Below are positions 48,488-58,139 of a stretch of 64,000 bases of DNA, in pieces. Source of the DNA: Candidatus Poseidoniaceae archaeon (GTDB lineage Archaea; Thermoplasmatota; Poseidoniia; Poseidoniales; Poseidoniaceae). The notes beneath the pieces are model-generated. The model ran no database searches and had not been told where the DNA came from. It worked only from the letters and a program-made list of their open reading frames with translations. The translations under genes were made by a program, and so were the position numbers. The DNA lies in contig CBFIJH010000004.1 in the NCBI GenBank assembly GCA_965662895.1, positions 1 to 64,000 of the forward strand. Direction: 5' to 3'. The first letter of the stretch is position 1; each line of letters opens with the position of its first letter.

Positions 48488-50670
48488 TGGAGATGAACCG
48501 TGATGAAGAAGCGGTATCTGCAGCCATAGCCACGGTTTTGCTTTTCGGTGGAGTCATTTCCATTATTAGTTTGATGATGATCACAATGATTCCTGTCATC
48601 GAAGAATTGGAAGGAAGCGTTGAACGTCATGATATGTCTGCACAAATGATCCAATTTAATCTTCAAACATCAACCCTCAGCGAGCAAGGAATGCCCGGCG
48701 ATGTTGTTACACAAGAGTTCGTACCTGTGGATGGCGAACTCAAATGGGACATGATGCGCAGTGGCATGTGGTATTCATCGACATGGCAAGAGGACCATTC
48801 GTTTCGTATTCGTGATGTTTTGGACTACGATGATGTGTTGAAAATACGACATGCTGAATCGAGAACCTCTACTGCGTGTTTCTCTGATTTGCGACTTGGT
48901 CCCGACCGACCGTATCACTACACAGCACCGGCATGGGCGGACAGTGTCATTCTCACAACAAAACCAGGACTCACCTTCCCGCTTGGACCAGTGCAAGTCG
49001 AGCTGCTTCGCAACGGTGTCACCAATGAGACGGCTGAGTTCTTTGTGGATGATATCCAACAATGGACAATTGATGATGCGAATTGGAAGATTGAAGCTTC
49101 ACAGGAACTTGTTGTCTACTGGATGCGAGGTGGTCAAGGAACAACGGAAGTTCGTGCTACGGATGCCAACGCAAACGGATTGGGCCGATCATGGGCGCTG
49201 CCATTACCAGCAGGAACAATTCAATTGAACATCGTCTCGGACGACTTGATGATGATTCACGGTAATGGAGCGTTTGGAGACTTTACTGAAGTTGCAATTG
49301 CATCGGAGTTGTTGAACGTCGGAACAAGTTGGTCGAAAACCCTCAACTTGGACAAACCACAAGTGGTTCACATCACAACAACAACGGATGCGCAATTGAA
49401 GGTTTCAACATCGACAGAAGGAGCAACGACATGGAAGAGTCGAACGGGTTCAATACACGGAACGTTGTTTATTCCTCCTGCAACAGAGGGATCTCTTTTC
49501 CTCTCAAATCCGAACAGTGAGCCAGCAACGGTTGCATGGAGAGGTTCTGGAGTCACCATCGAAGGATTCGGTAGTTACATCACACAATGGCCTCCAGAAG
49601 GCCTTGATGGAGCCAGTCAATTGCAAAGCGATTTGCCAATATCAGTTGTTTGGGCAAGAGATGCGATACCCTCAGGTGTCTACGAGCTTGGAGCGATCGA
49701 TACTGGTATGGAATCAGGATTGACCATGCACTCAAACAGTTCAGGAAGTTTCAATTTGGAACTGCGCAGCAATGGTGAACAATCAACCATCAATGTTTCA
49801 GTATCAGCGGACAACGAAACAGTCCTGAACATGGGTCAAGCATTGACGATACCGGTCAATGGCGGCCCAGTTTATGTCAACACCACGCAAGGACATGGCA
49901 TCTATGCTCTCATTGAACGTGGCACCATTGGATTGTATGAAGGCGTCCATGACGGTGCAAGGCGTTGTGTTGCGATTGGTGTGACAGCCTCTGGCTGGAT
50001 TGAGTTAAGCATCCCATGGCCGAGTATGGGTGGACGTAGTATCGTTGACCTGCAACAAGCCTGGACATCTGGAGACTATCCTGCAAGCATGCAGATTGAC
50101 CTCTACGGCCAGATTGTCGAAGAACCATACACACCGATTGGTTCTGCTTGGGTCATGCAAGTTTCTCGATTTGTATATGGATTTGAATCCTCAGTCACTG
50201 GAATGGAAGTGGCCATGAGTGGAGGGGCCGTTCTTACGAATCACCCAGAATACAATCCGACTGTTCTTGCTGCACCGCTTGATCGTGGAGGACCAGGTCC
50301 TCGATTTGCTGCGACCATTCCAGCACTCCATCCCACGAGCGACTCAGCGAGTGGAGGCGGAACGCTCTCCGCCGAAGTGACGCTAACTAAGCGCACCTCA
50401 CTTGCAAGTGATGTCGCTTACGAAGTTCGTCGCGGATGGGCTGAGCCTTATGGCGGTGCAATTGCACAGTCGTCGACTCAAGGCTTGGAAGCCAGTGAAG
50501 ATTGGACCATCTATCCTGGACGGTTGGATTTGCTGACAGACTATATCGGCTGGGTTCCAGATCCTGGATTCGGGACCATGGAGTCCGTTTGGCATACTGG
50601 AGGCCAACCGATTCAATTGTCGTTGCAGGTTTCATCATTGGATGCTCATGTTTCTGAGGTGATTGCATGA
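48484..50670 (+). CDS. Large archaeal pilin-like protein (class III signal peptide)
   Basis: EEA|VSAAIATVLLFGGVISIISLMM. Overlaps the previous gene by 4 nt. Confidence 0.7.
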   Translation: MMEMNRDEEAVSAAIATVLLFGGVISIISLMMITMIPVIEELEGSVERHDMSAQMIQFNLQTSTLSEQGMPGDVVTQEFVPVDGELKWDMMRSGMWYSSTWQEDHSFRIRDVLDYDDVLKIRHAESRTSTACFSDLRLGPDRPYHYTAPAWADSVILTTKPGLTFPLGPVQVELLRNGVTNETAEFFVDDIQQWTIDDANWKIEASQELVVYWMRGGQGTTEVRATDANANGLGRSWALPLPAGTIQLNIVSDDLMMIHGNGAFGDFTEVAIASELLNVGTSWSKTLNLDKPQVVHITTTTDAQLKVSTSTEGATTWKSRTGSIHGTLFIPPATEGSLFLSNPNSEPATVAWRGSGVTIEGFGSYITQWPPEGLDGASQLQSDLPISVVWARDAIPSGVYELGAIDTGMESGLTMHSNSSGSFNLELRSNGEQSTINVSVSADNETVLNMGQALTIPVNGGPVYVNTTQGHGIYALIERGTIGLYEGVHDGARRCVAIGVTASGWIELSIPWPSMGGRSIVDLQQAWTSGDYPASMQIDLYGQIVEEPYTPIGSAWVMQVSRFVYGFESSVTGMEVAMSGGAVLTNHPEYNPTVLAAPLDRGGPGPRFAATIPALHPTSDSASGGGTLSAEVTLTKRTSLASDVAYEVRRGWAEPYGGAIAQSSTQGLEASEDWTIYPGRLDLLTDYIGWVPDPGFGTMESVWHTGGQPIQLSLQVSSLDAHVSEVIA

Positions 50671-51137
50671 ACACTACACTTTTGCAACGCAACCGGGAAG
50701 GTGCTGCTACTGAACTTGGATACGTCTTCACCTTCCTGCTTGGAGTTCTCCTTTTGACTGCATTCAGTTTGTGGATTTATGACATTGAAACTGCAACACG
50801 AGAGCGTTGGAATGTTGAAGCAATCGATGCAAACATGAACGATTTGTCCGCTGCAATTGAACGAACTGACATCGCAAGTCGTATCGACAACTCATCGTAC
50901 GCAGAACAGGTTTACTGGAGAGCAACAGAGGCAGATGAATCTCAGTTCACACTCGAGTTAACCGATACGTCCCTCATTTTGTACGATGATCAAGGAGAAC
51001 TGGATGCTCAACGTCCCTTGTCAGGTACTGCGTCCGCTCCTCATTCAGGCGTCATTAATCTTGCAGGTGTTGAGTCCATATGGGTGGTCTATCAAGATGG
51101 AAGCATTTCCCTTGAACTCGACCGACCAATGTTTTAG
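50667..51137 (+). CDS. Small archaeal pilin-like protein (class III signal peptide)
   Basis: REG|AATELGYVFTFLLGVLLLTAF. Overlaps the previous gene by 4 nt. Confidence 0.65.
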   Translation: MNTTLLQRNREGAATELGYVFTFLLGVLLLTAFSLWIYDIETATRERWNVEAIDANMNDLSAAIERTDIASRIDNSSYAEQVYWRATEADESQFTLELTDTSLILYDDQGELDAQRPLSGTASAPHSGVINLAGVESIWVVYQDGSISLELDRPMF

Positions 51138-53647
51138 CGACCCATAATCGCTGAATGAACTTGAGATTGAACTTCACGCATCCGTGTACGGGCTCCTAAT
51201 TCTCTAAAGACTGCAAGAGCTCGTTGTAAGTATTCCATTCGACGTTGTCGGTCTGGAGCAACTCCCCCGAGTTTTGACAAAAGTTCACCGATTTGCATAC
51301 GCAAGTCGTTTGCCTCGGCAATAATGAGTGCCTCTCGATATCGCACCAGAGCTTCATCCGAGCGACCACTGTCTTCGAGAACTTCACCCAAGAGAATCAT
51401 TAGTTCGACCATGGACACTGGATCACCAGCATCAGACATGATGTTGAGCGATTCGGTATAATGATGCATCGAAGTTTCTGCATCGCTCATTTTCGCATGG
51501 TATCGGCCAAGAAGAGCTTGTGCTCGTGCATGTGCAAGTTGATCGCCTGCGTTTTCAGTCCGTTCAAAGGCTTCGAATGCATGCTTTCGAGCTCGTTTAA
51601 CTTCCCCCAAATCAAGTAGAGCACGCCCGAGAAGAATTTGAGCATCCAACAAGGAATCATCGCTTGCAATGATGGCCTCAACTTCGGAATACGCCTCAAG
51701 TGCCTTGCTCTTGTTGTTCTTCCTTCGGTACAAGTATCCCATGTTGTTGTAGGTTCGTGCAGCACCCCGGGCATCCCCAAGTTCAACTTGGACCTGCAAT
51801 GCCTCTTTATGGGCTGAAAGTGCTTTATCAGTTTGACCTTGTTTCATAGCGATGTCTGCTTGCGAACCAAGAATTTCTGAATAAATGACTGGTAGGTTCG
51901 CATCTTTTGCTGCTTTACTTGCATCATCCAATACGGTCGAAGCCTGTTCAAATCTTCCAAGCATGAGAAGAATATCCCCTTGCAATTGCATCATTGGTGC
52001 CAACAGTGAGGCTTGGAGGCGTTCCAAATTTACGCTTTCAATAAGGCTCAGCAACTCGAGATGTCCTTGTGATACGAGTTGCCGACCGAATTCAACAATC
52101 TTTTCAATAGCCTCCTGCTCATGTTCCGATGCGAGTTCATGGTAGATTTGTTCAAGCGTCGTCTCCGATGATTTGCTTAATTTGCTGTAATAAACAGCAC
52201 AATTGCTGTGTACGCTTTGTTTGGTTTGATCGTCAATGCTTCGCACAAGGAATTCTCGAATTAAGTCATGCACATCGTAAACATCTGTGTCCACTTGTCG
52301 AGCGAGACCTTGCTCAACAAGGCTGTCAAGAACATCAACATCCAATTCGTGCGCAAGTAATGCATCCAAGGGGACTGCCTCTCGAAAAACAGACAACACA
52401 GTTAGAACACGCTTCTGTTCTGCTGAAAGTTTTGAGAAAATTTCCTTGGTCACATAATGCTCAAGCGTGTCGTGGAATGCGCCAGCTGAAGCACCCCGAT
52501 TGATCAGTTCAAGAACCAATGGATGGCCACGGGATAAACCGTGAATGTGCAACCATTGTTCCGTTGAGAGTTCTTCAAATCCAGTTAAGAGTTGACGTGC
52601 TGATTCAGAATCCAGTCCATCGAGTGGAAGGACAAGACTTGTGATACGGCCTTCTGCATCCTTTGTCGGGACGACTGGCTTGAACGAACGTGAAAAGATG
52701 ACCAAACCAATCGGCTCCTCACTTCCAAGCAAACCAAGCGTCATGGACTGAATGGTTTGAAAGAGAATCGGATCTGAAACCTTGTGAAAGTCATCGATGA
52801 CAATGAGGGTCGGTGTGTTTTCGAGCGAATCAATGAGAATCCTTGCAGCAGCATCTGGCTTAGGCACTGGCGTTGCTGCAAGGTAATCAGCAAACGACGA
52901 GTCACCTATACTAAGCAACCATTCAGCAATTGACTCAAACAGCGCACGTGAGCCCTCCCAATCTTGGCAACGATGATACAACAGGTTTCGCCTATGCATG
53001 AATCGCTCAATGAGTTTCGCAGCGATGGTCGTTTTCCCAATTCCAGCAATCCCGGGAACCAGCAAGGTTGTCGCACGGGCATCGAGGAGGCCAACCATGT
53101 TGTCCAACTCTTTTTCTCGACCATAGAAATGGCGCAAACGAGGCAAATCACCAAGCGAGGTTACGAGTTGTTTCTCGACTTGTTTGGATAAATCGCGTTC
53201 GATAAGATCCTCCGAGAGCGATCGGGCATCGAGAATGAGATTATCGTCCAAATAGCGGATGATATCGACTGGACGCATGGTAAACGGAAGTACCTCATGC
53301 GCTGCGCCGAGCGATGTCGAAACCGTTTCTCCATCAACATTGATGCATCGGAATTGGAATTCACGAAGTCGACCCCATGTTTCTTCCGCTGCAAGGATTC
53401 CTGAATCGGTGAGAAAGTATGCCTTTCGTTTTCGACTGACACCGTGTACGTGAGCCTGCCGCTCGACGAGAAGCCCTTGGTCTCTCAATCCAGATATTGC
53501 CCGAGGTACATTGGATCGAGCAATTGCAACAGCATTGGCAATTCCCATTTGTGAGAGGGCGAAGGGTACCTCGACCTTTTCTTTGAAATCAGCATAATCG
53601 AGAAGGTGAAGCAGTACCTTCTCTTGAACGCCAGGTTTGGGAATCAT
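51134..53647 (-). CDS. wHTH-STAND (NB-ARC-like) NTPase-TPR protein, putative signal-responsive transcription regulator
   Basis: N-terminal winged HTH (LSQMGIANAVAIARSNVPRAISGL...YFLTDSG), Walker A GIAGIGKTT, Walker B LIVIDDFH, GHPLVLEL (GxP), HDLIREF and C-terminal TPRs. Confidence 0.85.
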   Translation of the reverse strand: MIPKPGVQEKVLLHLLDYADFKEKVEVPFALSQMGIANAVAIARSNVPRAISGLRDQGLLVERQAHVHGVSRKRKAYFLTDSGILAAEETWGRLREFQFRCINVDGETVSTSLGAAHEVLPFTMRPVDIIRYLDDNLILDARSLSEDLIERDLSKQVEKQLVTSLGDLPRLRHFYGREKELDNMVGLLDARATTLLVPGIAGIGKTTIAAKLIERFMHRRNLLYHRCQDWEGSRALFESIAEWLLSIGDSSFADYLAATPVPKPDAAARILIDSLENTPTLIVIDDFHKVSDPILFQTIQSMTLGLLGSEEPIGLVIFSRSFKPVVPTKDAEGRITSLVLPLDGLDSESARQLLTGFEELSTEQWLHIHGLSRGHPLVLELINRGASAGAFHDTLEHYVTKEIFSKLSAEQKRVLTVLSVFREAVPLDALLAHELDVDVLDSLVEQGLARQVDTDVYDVHDLIREFLVRSIDDQTKQSVHSNCAVYYSKLSKSSETTLEQIYHELASEHEQEAIEKIVEFGRQLVSQGHLELLSLIESVNLERLQASLLAPMMQLQGDILLMLGRFEQASTVLDDASKAAKDANLPVIYSEILGSQADIAMKQGQTDKALSAHKEALQVQVELGDARGAARTYNNMGYLYRRKNNKSKALEAYSEVEAIIASDDSLLDAQILLGRALLDLGEVKRARKHAFEAFERTENAGDQLAHARAQALLGRYHAKMSDAETSMHHYTESLNIMSDAGDPVSMVELMILLGEVLEDSGRSDEALVRYREALIIAEANDLRMQIGELLSKLGGVAPDRQRRMEYLQRALAVFRELGARTRMREVQSQVHSAIMGR

Positions 53648-53662
53648 TCAATCACAACCGCA

Positions 53663-56600
53663 TCATTGGTTGGGAGGTTGATAATTCGGATCTGGCACCC
53701 ATTGATTGCTTTCCTGATCCCACAACCATCCAGGGTGTTGAGCGGATTGCTGGACAGGTTCCGGTTGAACAACAGGTGCTGCGGCAACGGGTTGTTGAGG
53801 CACTGCAGGGACGTTTTTCTTACCCCAAGCGTATGGATCTTCTTCCTGTACGACCTCTTGTGTACCATCAAATTCTTCATCAGCGAGTTCCTCAAACTCG
53901 AGGAAGAAGTAGCCAACACCCGCAAGCAAGAGTAGTGCTGCAACAACGATTCCAATGATGAGCAACAATTTTGAACCCTCTTCCGATTCACCCACTTCTA
54001 CCTTGAAGGATGATGGCTCTGAACTTCCTCCAAATGTTTGGCCGTCCATCAAGAACATCAAATCATTTGATGCATCGTTCATATCTTGAAGACTCAAATT
54101 CATGGTCCAAGCACCGGTATCTCCAACAATCACGGTCTTGATGAGCGACTCTGAGGCGATGGAACGAGCTTCGATCCTTGCACCAGGCAATCCTGTCCCG
54201 CTAAATTCAGCAGGGTCGGTGGCAGTCACCGATTCACTCGGATCATCACGAATCACATTGAATTCAATAGCTTGCACAAAGAACGTCACGCTGCGAGAAA
54301 CCGCAGACTCATCAAAGGCATCCCGAACAACGAATCGTACATTTTCAATGGTCCAACTTGCAATGTCTTCATTGTTTTGTTTGATTGCAGGGTCATACAT
54401 TGCGACACCACTGCTGTCGATATCGATGAGGAACGGATGGTTGTCATCCATTGGATCGATTGCATCATCCATGAAGTCGATGATGAGGTCATCGGAATCA
54501 GGGTCGTTGAAATATTGCGTTAAGTCAAGGGTTGCTCCGCCACCACATTGGTTCTCGGATGAAGAACCGACAACACAGAAAATTGTGATTTGATTCGGCC
54601 AGTTTGTAGAGTTGAACTGAGGAGGGATATTGTTCGCATCCGTCGGTTTTGAAATTGTAATTCGCACCACATCTGCAACCGAGTAATCTTCTCCATCATA
54701 CGCCTTCACTCGAATTTCGTATTGACCCTCGTGCTTGAGCTTACTCGTGTCCCAATTTGCAGACCATGAGTAACCAGGACCTGTTTTTGTGAATGAGGTT
54801 ACGGGGCCTGGTCCGTCGTTGAGGATAAGACCGCTCGCCAAGTCAAGAATCTCAATTTCAACTCTTGTAATCGTTCCATCAGCACCGTCGCTTGCAAAAC
54901 CGATCAATTGTGTATCGCTCTCTGCACGAACTGCTTGCGTGCCATCCGGTTCAAGTAAATCGACGATAGGAATGATGTTGTCATTGAGTACGGTCACGGT
55001 TCGGGTTGAAATGACACAAGTCCCTTGGACGTCATCACAGAAATCGCTGTCACTTGCCCAAACCTCGAACGTGTATTCTCCAGATTCGAGCTCTTCGAAA
55101 TTCCAATCGTATGCCCAAGCGACGGATCCATCGATAGCAAAATGAGATGTGTACCCATTGGGACCTGTTACATCAAACCAAATGTCCTGAATGTCGGAAC
55201 CCCATGTTCCCGAATAAGGATCGCTGGCAGTACCTGTAAAGAGAATCTTACCGTTGGAATGTGTTGATCCATCCAATGGTTCATTGAGGTACAGCGTTGG
55301 AGGCACCAGATTCAATTTGAACTTGCGCACTTCAATCGGTGAGTAATCCAGACCGTCATACGAACGGATTCGGAACGTTACATCACTTTCACCGTCAGGG
55401 TGAGCAGACAAATCCCATTCGAAAGACCATGACTTGAATGGATGATTCTCCTTGGTCAATTCACCATTCGCACCGGAGGTATCGACGGCATAGTACCAAT
55501 CGGTACTTCCCGGCGGCTGTATTTCTACTCGCTCGACAAGGCCGAATTGGCGATCATAGGCAATGATGTCGAGGGGGTAAGGTCCAGATTGACCATCCCA
55601 AGCGGTGCCAGTGATAACAGCGTTAATGGCGAATGAAGTTCCATCGTTTTGCTCAACTGTCACGCTCGGTCGTACGTTATCCAGGCTAATGACATCATCA
55701 ATTTGGCCATTAAGGACGAAATCAAATTCTTTCTTTCCTTTGCCAAATTTGTAGGCTTCGACGATGTAGAAAGGAAGCTCCCGGCCATTTGCACAGTCAG
55801 GGTCGGCATCATCGACGAACGTATCACCATCGTTATCGTATCCATCCGAGCACGTGTCTTCATCGAGAACGACTGGGTTGCTTGGGTCTGTACCCGGTAC
55901 CGTGACCCCGGTTTCTCCCACGATGTGATTCCAGTTGCGATCGAGCAAGAAATCCGAAGGAAGGGAAACTTGTTGCGTCATACCGAAACTATCGGTTGTT
56001 AGTTCATACAACGGAAGACCTGTTGCATCTTTGATGACCACGGTTGCACCCGCAACGTTGCTGTTCTTGGCCTTGACTTGGTAACGTACAAGTTCACCTT
56101 GCCGTACTTGCGACCCCCAAGCAGTGTTCTGATTCTGAACATGAATCTTTGAAGCATCAAAGTTCTGTAAATCTGCAAACGAAAAGACGGTTGAGTTGTT
56201 CACAAGTTCGATTGCGAGTGGCATATCTCTTGGAGGAACTGCAGCAGTGTCCGGTAGCAGCAGACATTCATCGAGAACGTAAGGACATTCAGCACTAAGC
56301 CACGAAAGCATGACGGGGAAGGTGTAATCGCCACCAGCATCGGGTATGTATTCAGATTGTACCGTAACGCGTGACTCGGTAATGTTGTAGACTTGCGTTG
56401 CGTTGGTCCATGTGTTACCTGAGAAGTAACCAATCGAACCATACTTCGGCCCGGTTATCTCGTCGTAATGACTGATGTTGACGGCGAACTGACCTGCTTC
56501 AACGGTGTTTCGTTGAACGTTGACAATCGACCCCTTGATTCGTAGTCCATCACCTGCGTTGTTGGTAACCGTGTTGTCGACAATGGTTGCTGATGAGGTG

Positions 56601-57991
56601 AAAACGTGGATAGCGGGACAGTTGAAGTCTCCATCGTACATGAATTGAGAGTTGCAAGTACCCGTATTGTTGGAAATGATGTTGTTTGCGATGTAGGCTC
56701 GGTTTGGCGACGGACCGGGATAATTTCCACCGTCCTTGTAGTGATACTCGCCAATTTGTATGGGCTCTTTTGCAGTATCTTGGATGGTATTGTTTTCAAT
56801 CTCAACTTCCGATTCTCCATAAACCCAGAACCCGTTGAACCCTTCGATTGGCCCAACTGTGTTTCCATGCGCTGAAACAGTTGAATCACGGATACCAAAT
56901 CCAGAACCGCCTGAGGCACCGGAGATCGTGTTTGAGGTTGCTGTTACAATCGCTCCATCGTAAGCGGTAATACCTGCACCTTCTTCTGTTGTGATGACGT
57001 TGTTATCGAGGTAGAGCGTGTGAGCAAAGTTTCCTGTTGCTTTGTAGGCGTTGGTGTCAATGGCGTTACATTTCGTATCGATTGTGCTGTTTCCAAATGA
57101 TCCTGAAGATTGTTTCAAAAATACACCATACCCATTCTCCTTCAATTCGAGGTTATCGAGTGTAACATAGGACGATTCTGCGTAGATGAGACCAATCCCT
57201 CCTCCTTGTCCACACTGTGCTTCCGTGTCTCCCGTGAAGGTGGAACCAGTGATGGTTAGGGTTGACAAAATCCCCGCACCTGCATCGTATGCACGAACAG
57301 CAGAAGCATCGTAACCTCGGCCATCATCACCAAGCGTGAATGTTGAATCACGAATTGTTGGGGCGGCAAAATCGAGGGCGATAATGTTCGAAGTGTTGAT
57401 GTTTGAGAATGCAAGATTGTCTAGGTTCGTTGAAGAACCTTCGAAAATCAACGTTCCGTATTGGATGTTTTGAAGCGATTGAACGTAGGTTGGATGACCG
57501 TATGCATTGTTGAATGAGACGAACGACATTCCAGTTGAAGCCTGATTGATTGTGCTTCTGATAACAATACCAGATCCGCAAGCAGCATCTGGGTTCGTAA
57601 ACAGCTGGCTACCTTGTTGGTAACACCATCCAAGAACATCGTAGTCTGAAGGAGTTGCCCATTCAAATCGGACTGGAGATGAGGCACTGCCTTGAGATGC
57701 ACCACACGAAGCAGAACCGGCACATATTGCACCCTCGACGTCAATGTATGCACCAGCAGGGATGTTGACGGTTGTTCCAGCATTGATGACAAGTTTCGCA
57801 CCTTCAGCAACAGTGACATTGCCGGTAAGTGTATGTGTACCGCTCCATGTTTCCGTTGTTGTGATTGATCCAGAGGATGTTTCATTTATTGCGCTTGCAG
57901 TTGGTACGGTAACCAACCCGATCATTAGTGACGTTAGGAGCAATCCTACCAATCCAACACTTTTTCCAACATTTGCAATTCGCATGCTCAT
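53663..57991 (-). CDS. Giant membrane-anchored surface protein with parallel beta-helix repeats and Ig-like domains
   Basis: Signal peptide, IxNNxI beta-helix repeats, GTAxD...WxxxWD Ig-like repeats, a CSDGYDNDGD...DPDC motif, TM helix and Trp-rich tail. Start is at 57991 or 57985. Confidence 0.82.
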   Translation of the reverse strand: MSMRIANVGKSVGLVGLLLTSLMIGLVTVPTASAINETSSGSITTTETWSGTHTLTGNVTVAEGAKLVINAGTTVNIPAGAYIDVEGAICAGSASCGASQGSASSPVRFEWATPSDYDVLGWCYQQGSQLFTNPDAACGSGIVIRSTINQASTGMSFVSFNNAYGHPTYVQSLQNIQYGTLIFEGSSTNLDNLAFSNINTSNIIALDFAAPTIRDSTFTLGDDGRGYDASAVRAYDAGAGILSTLTITGSTFTGDTEAQCGQGGGIGLIYAESSYVTLDNLELKENGYGVFLKQSSGSFGNSTIDTKCNAIDTNAYKATGNFAHTLYLDNNVITTEEGAGITAYDGAIVTATSNTISGASGGSGFGIRDSTVSAHGNTVGPIEGFNGFWVYGESEVEIENNTIQDTAKEPIQIGEYHYKDGGNYPGPSPNRAYIANNIISNNTGTCNSQFMYDGDFNCPAIHVFTSSATIVDNTVTNNAGDGLRIKGSIVNVQRNTVEAGQFAVNISHYDEITGPKYGSIGYFSGNTWTNATQVYNITESRVTVQSEYIPDAGGDYTFPVMLSWLSAECPYVLDECLLLPDTAAVPPRDMPLAIELVNNSTVFSFADLQNFDASKIHVQNQNTAWGSQVRQGELVRYQVKAKNSNVAGATVVIKDATGLPLYELTTDSFGMTQQVSLPSDFLLDRNWNHIVGETGVTVPGTDPSNPVVLDEDTCSDGYDNDGDTFVDDADPDCANGRELPFYIVEAYKFGKGKKEFDFVLNGQIDDVISLDNVRPSVTVEQNDGTSFAINAVITGTAWDGQSGPYPLDIIAYDRQFGLVERVEIQPPGSTDWYYAVDTSGANGELTKENHPFKSWSFEWDLSAHPDGESDVTFRIRSYDGLDYSPIEVRKFKLNLVPPTLYLNEPLDGSTHSNGKILFTGTASDPYSGTWGSDIQDIWFDVTGPNGYTSHFAIDGSVAWAYDWNFEELESGEYTFEVWASDSDFCDDVQGTCVISTRTVTVLNDNIIPIVDLLEPDGTQAVRAESDTQLIGFASDGADGTITRVEIEILDLASGLILNDGPGPVTSFTKTGPGYSWSANWDTSKLKHEGQYEIRVKAYDGEDYSVADVVRITISKPTDANNIPPQFNSTNWPNQITIFCVVGSSSENQCGGGATLDLTQYFNDPDSDDLIIDFMDDAIDPMDDNHPFLIDIDSSGVAMYDPAIKQNNEDIASWTIENVRFVVRDAFDESAVSRSVTFFVQAIEFNVIRDDPSESVTATDPAEFSGTGLPGARIEARSIASESLIKTVIVGDTGAWTMNLSLQDMNDASNDLMFLMDGQTFGGSSEPSSFKVEVGESEEGSKLLLIIGIVVAALLLLAGVGYFFLEFEELADEEFDGTQEVVQEEDPYAWGKKNVPAVPQQPVAAAPVVQPEPVQQSAQHPGWLWDQESNQWVPDPNYQPPNQ

Positions 57992-58020
57992 CCCTCTTTT
58001 AGAACCTAAATCGTGAACGA

Positions 58021-58026
58021 ATATAA
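58021..58026 (-). promoter_or_regulatory. Putative archaeal TATA box (TTATAT) for the beta-helix/STAND operon
   Basis: TTATAT on the minus strand, about 30 nt upstream of ATG 57991. Confidence 0.5.
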
Positions 58027-58039
58027 TACTGCGCCCCAA

Positions 58040-58125
58040 TTGACAGTCATTATAATATCAAATCTAATCAATAATATCGCAATTTGAACAATAATTGTAT
58101 CATTAATATGGATAAATATCATATT
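58040..58125. promoter_or_regulatory. AT-rich intergenic array of ATAA(N)TATC direct repeats, putative operator array
   Basis: ATAATATC at 58052 and 58071, ATAATTGTATC at 58091 and ATAAATATC at 58112, giving 19-21 bp spacing. Confidence 0.5.
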
Positions 58126-58139
58126 GAACTGAAGAAAAA

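Noticed and set aside
51134-53647. Avs-type antiviral STAND defence system
   Set aside because: The N-terminal domain looks like a wHTH, not a nuclease, SIR2 or protease effector, and there is no defence-island context. Not fully excluded.
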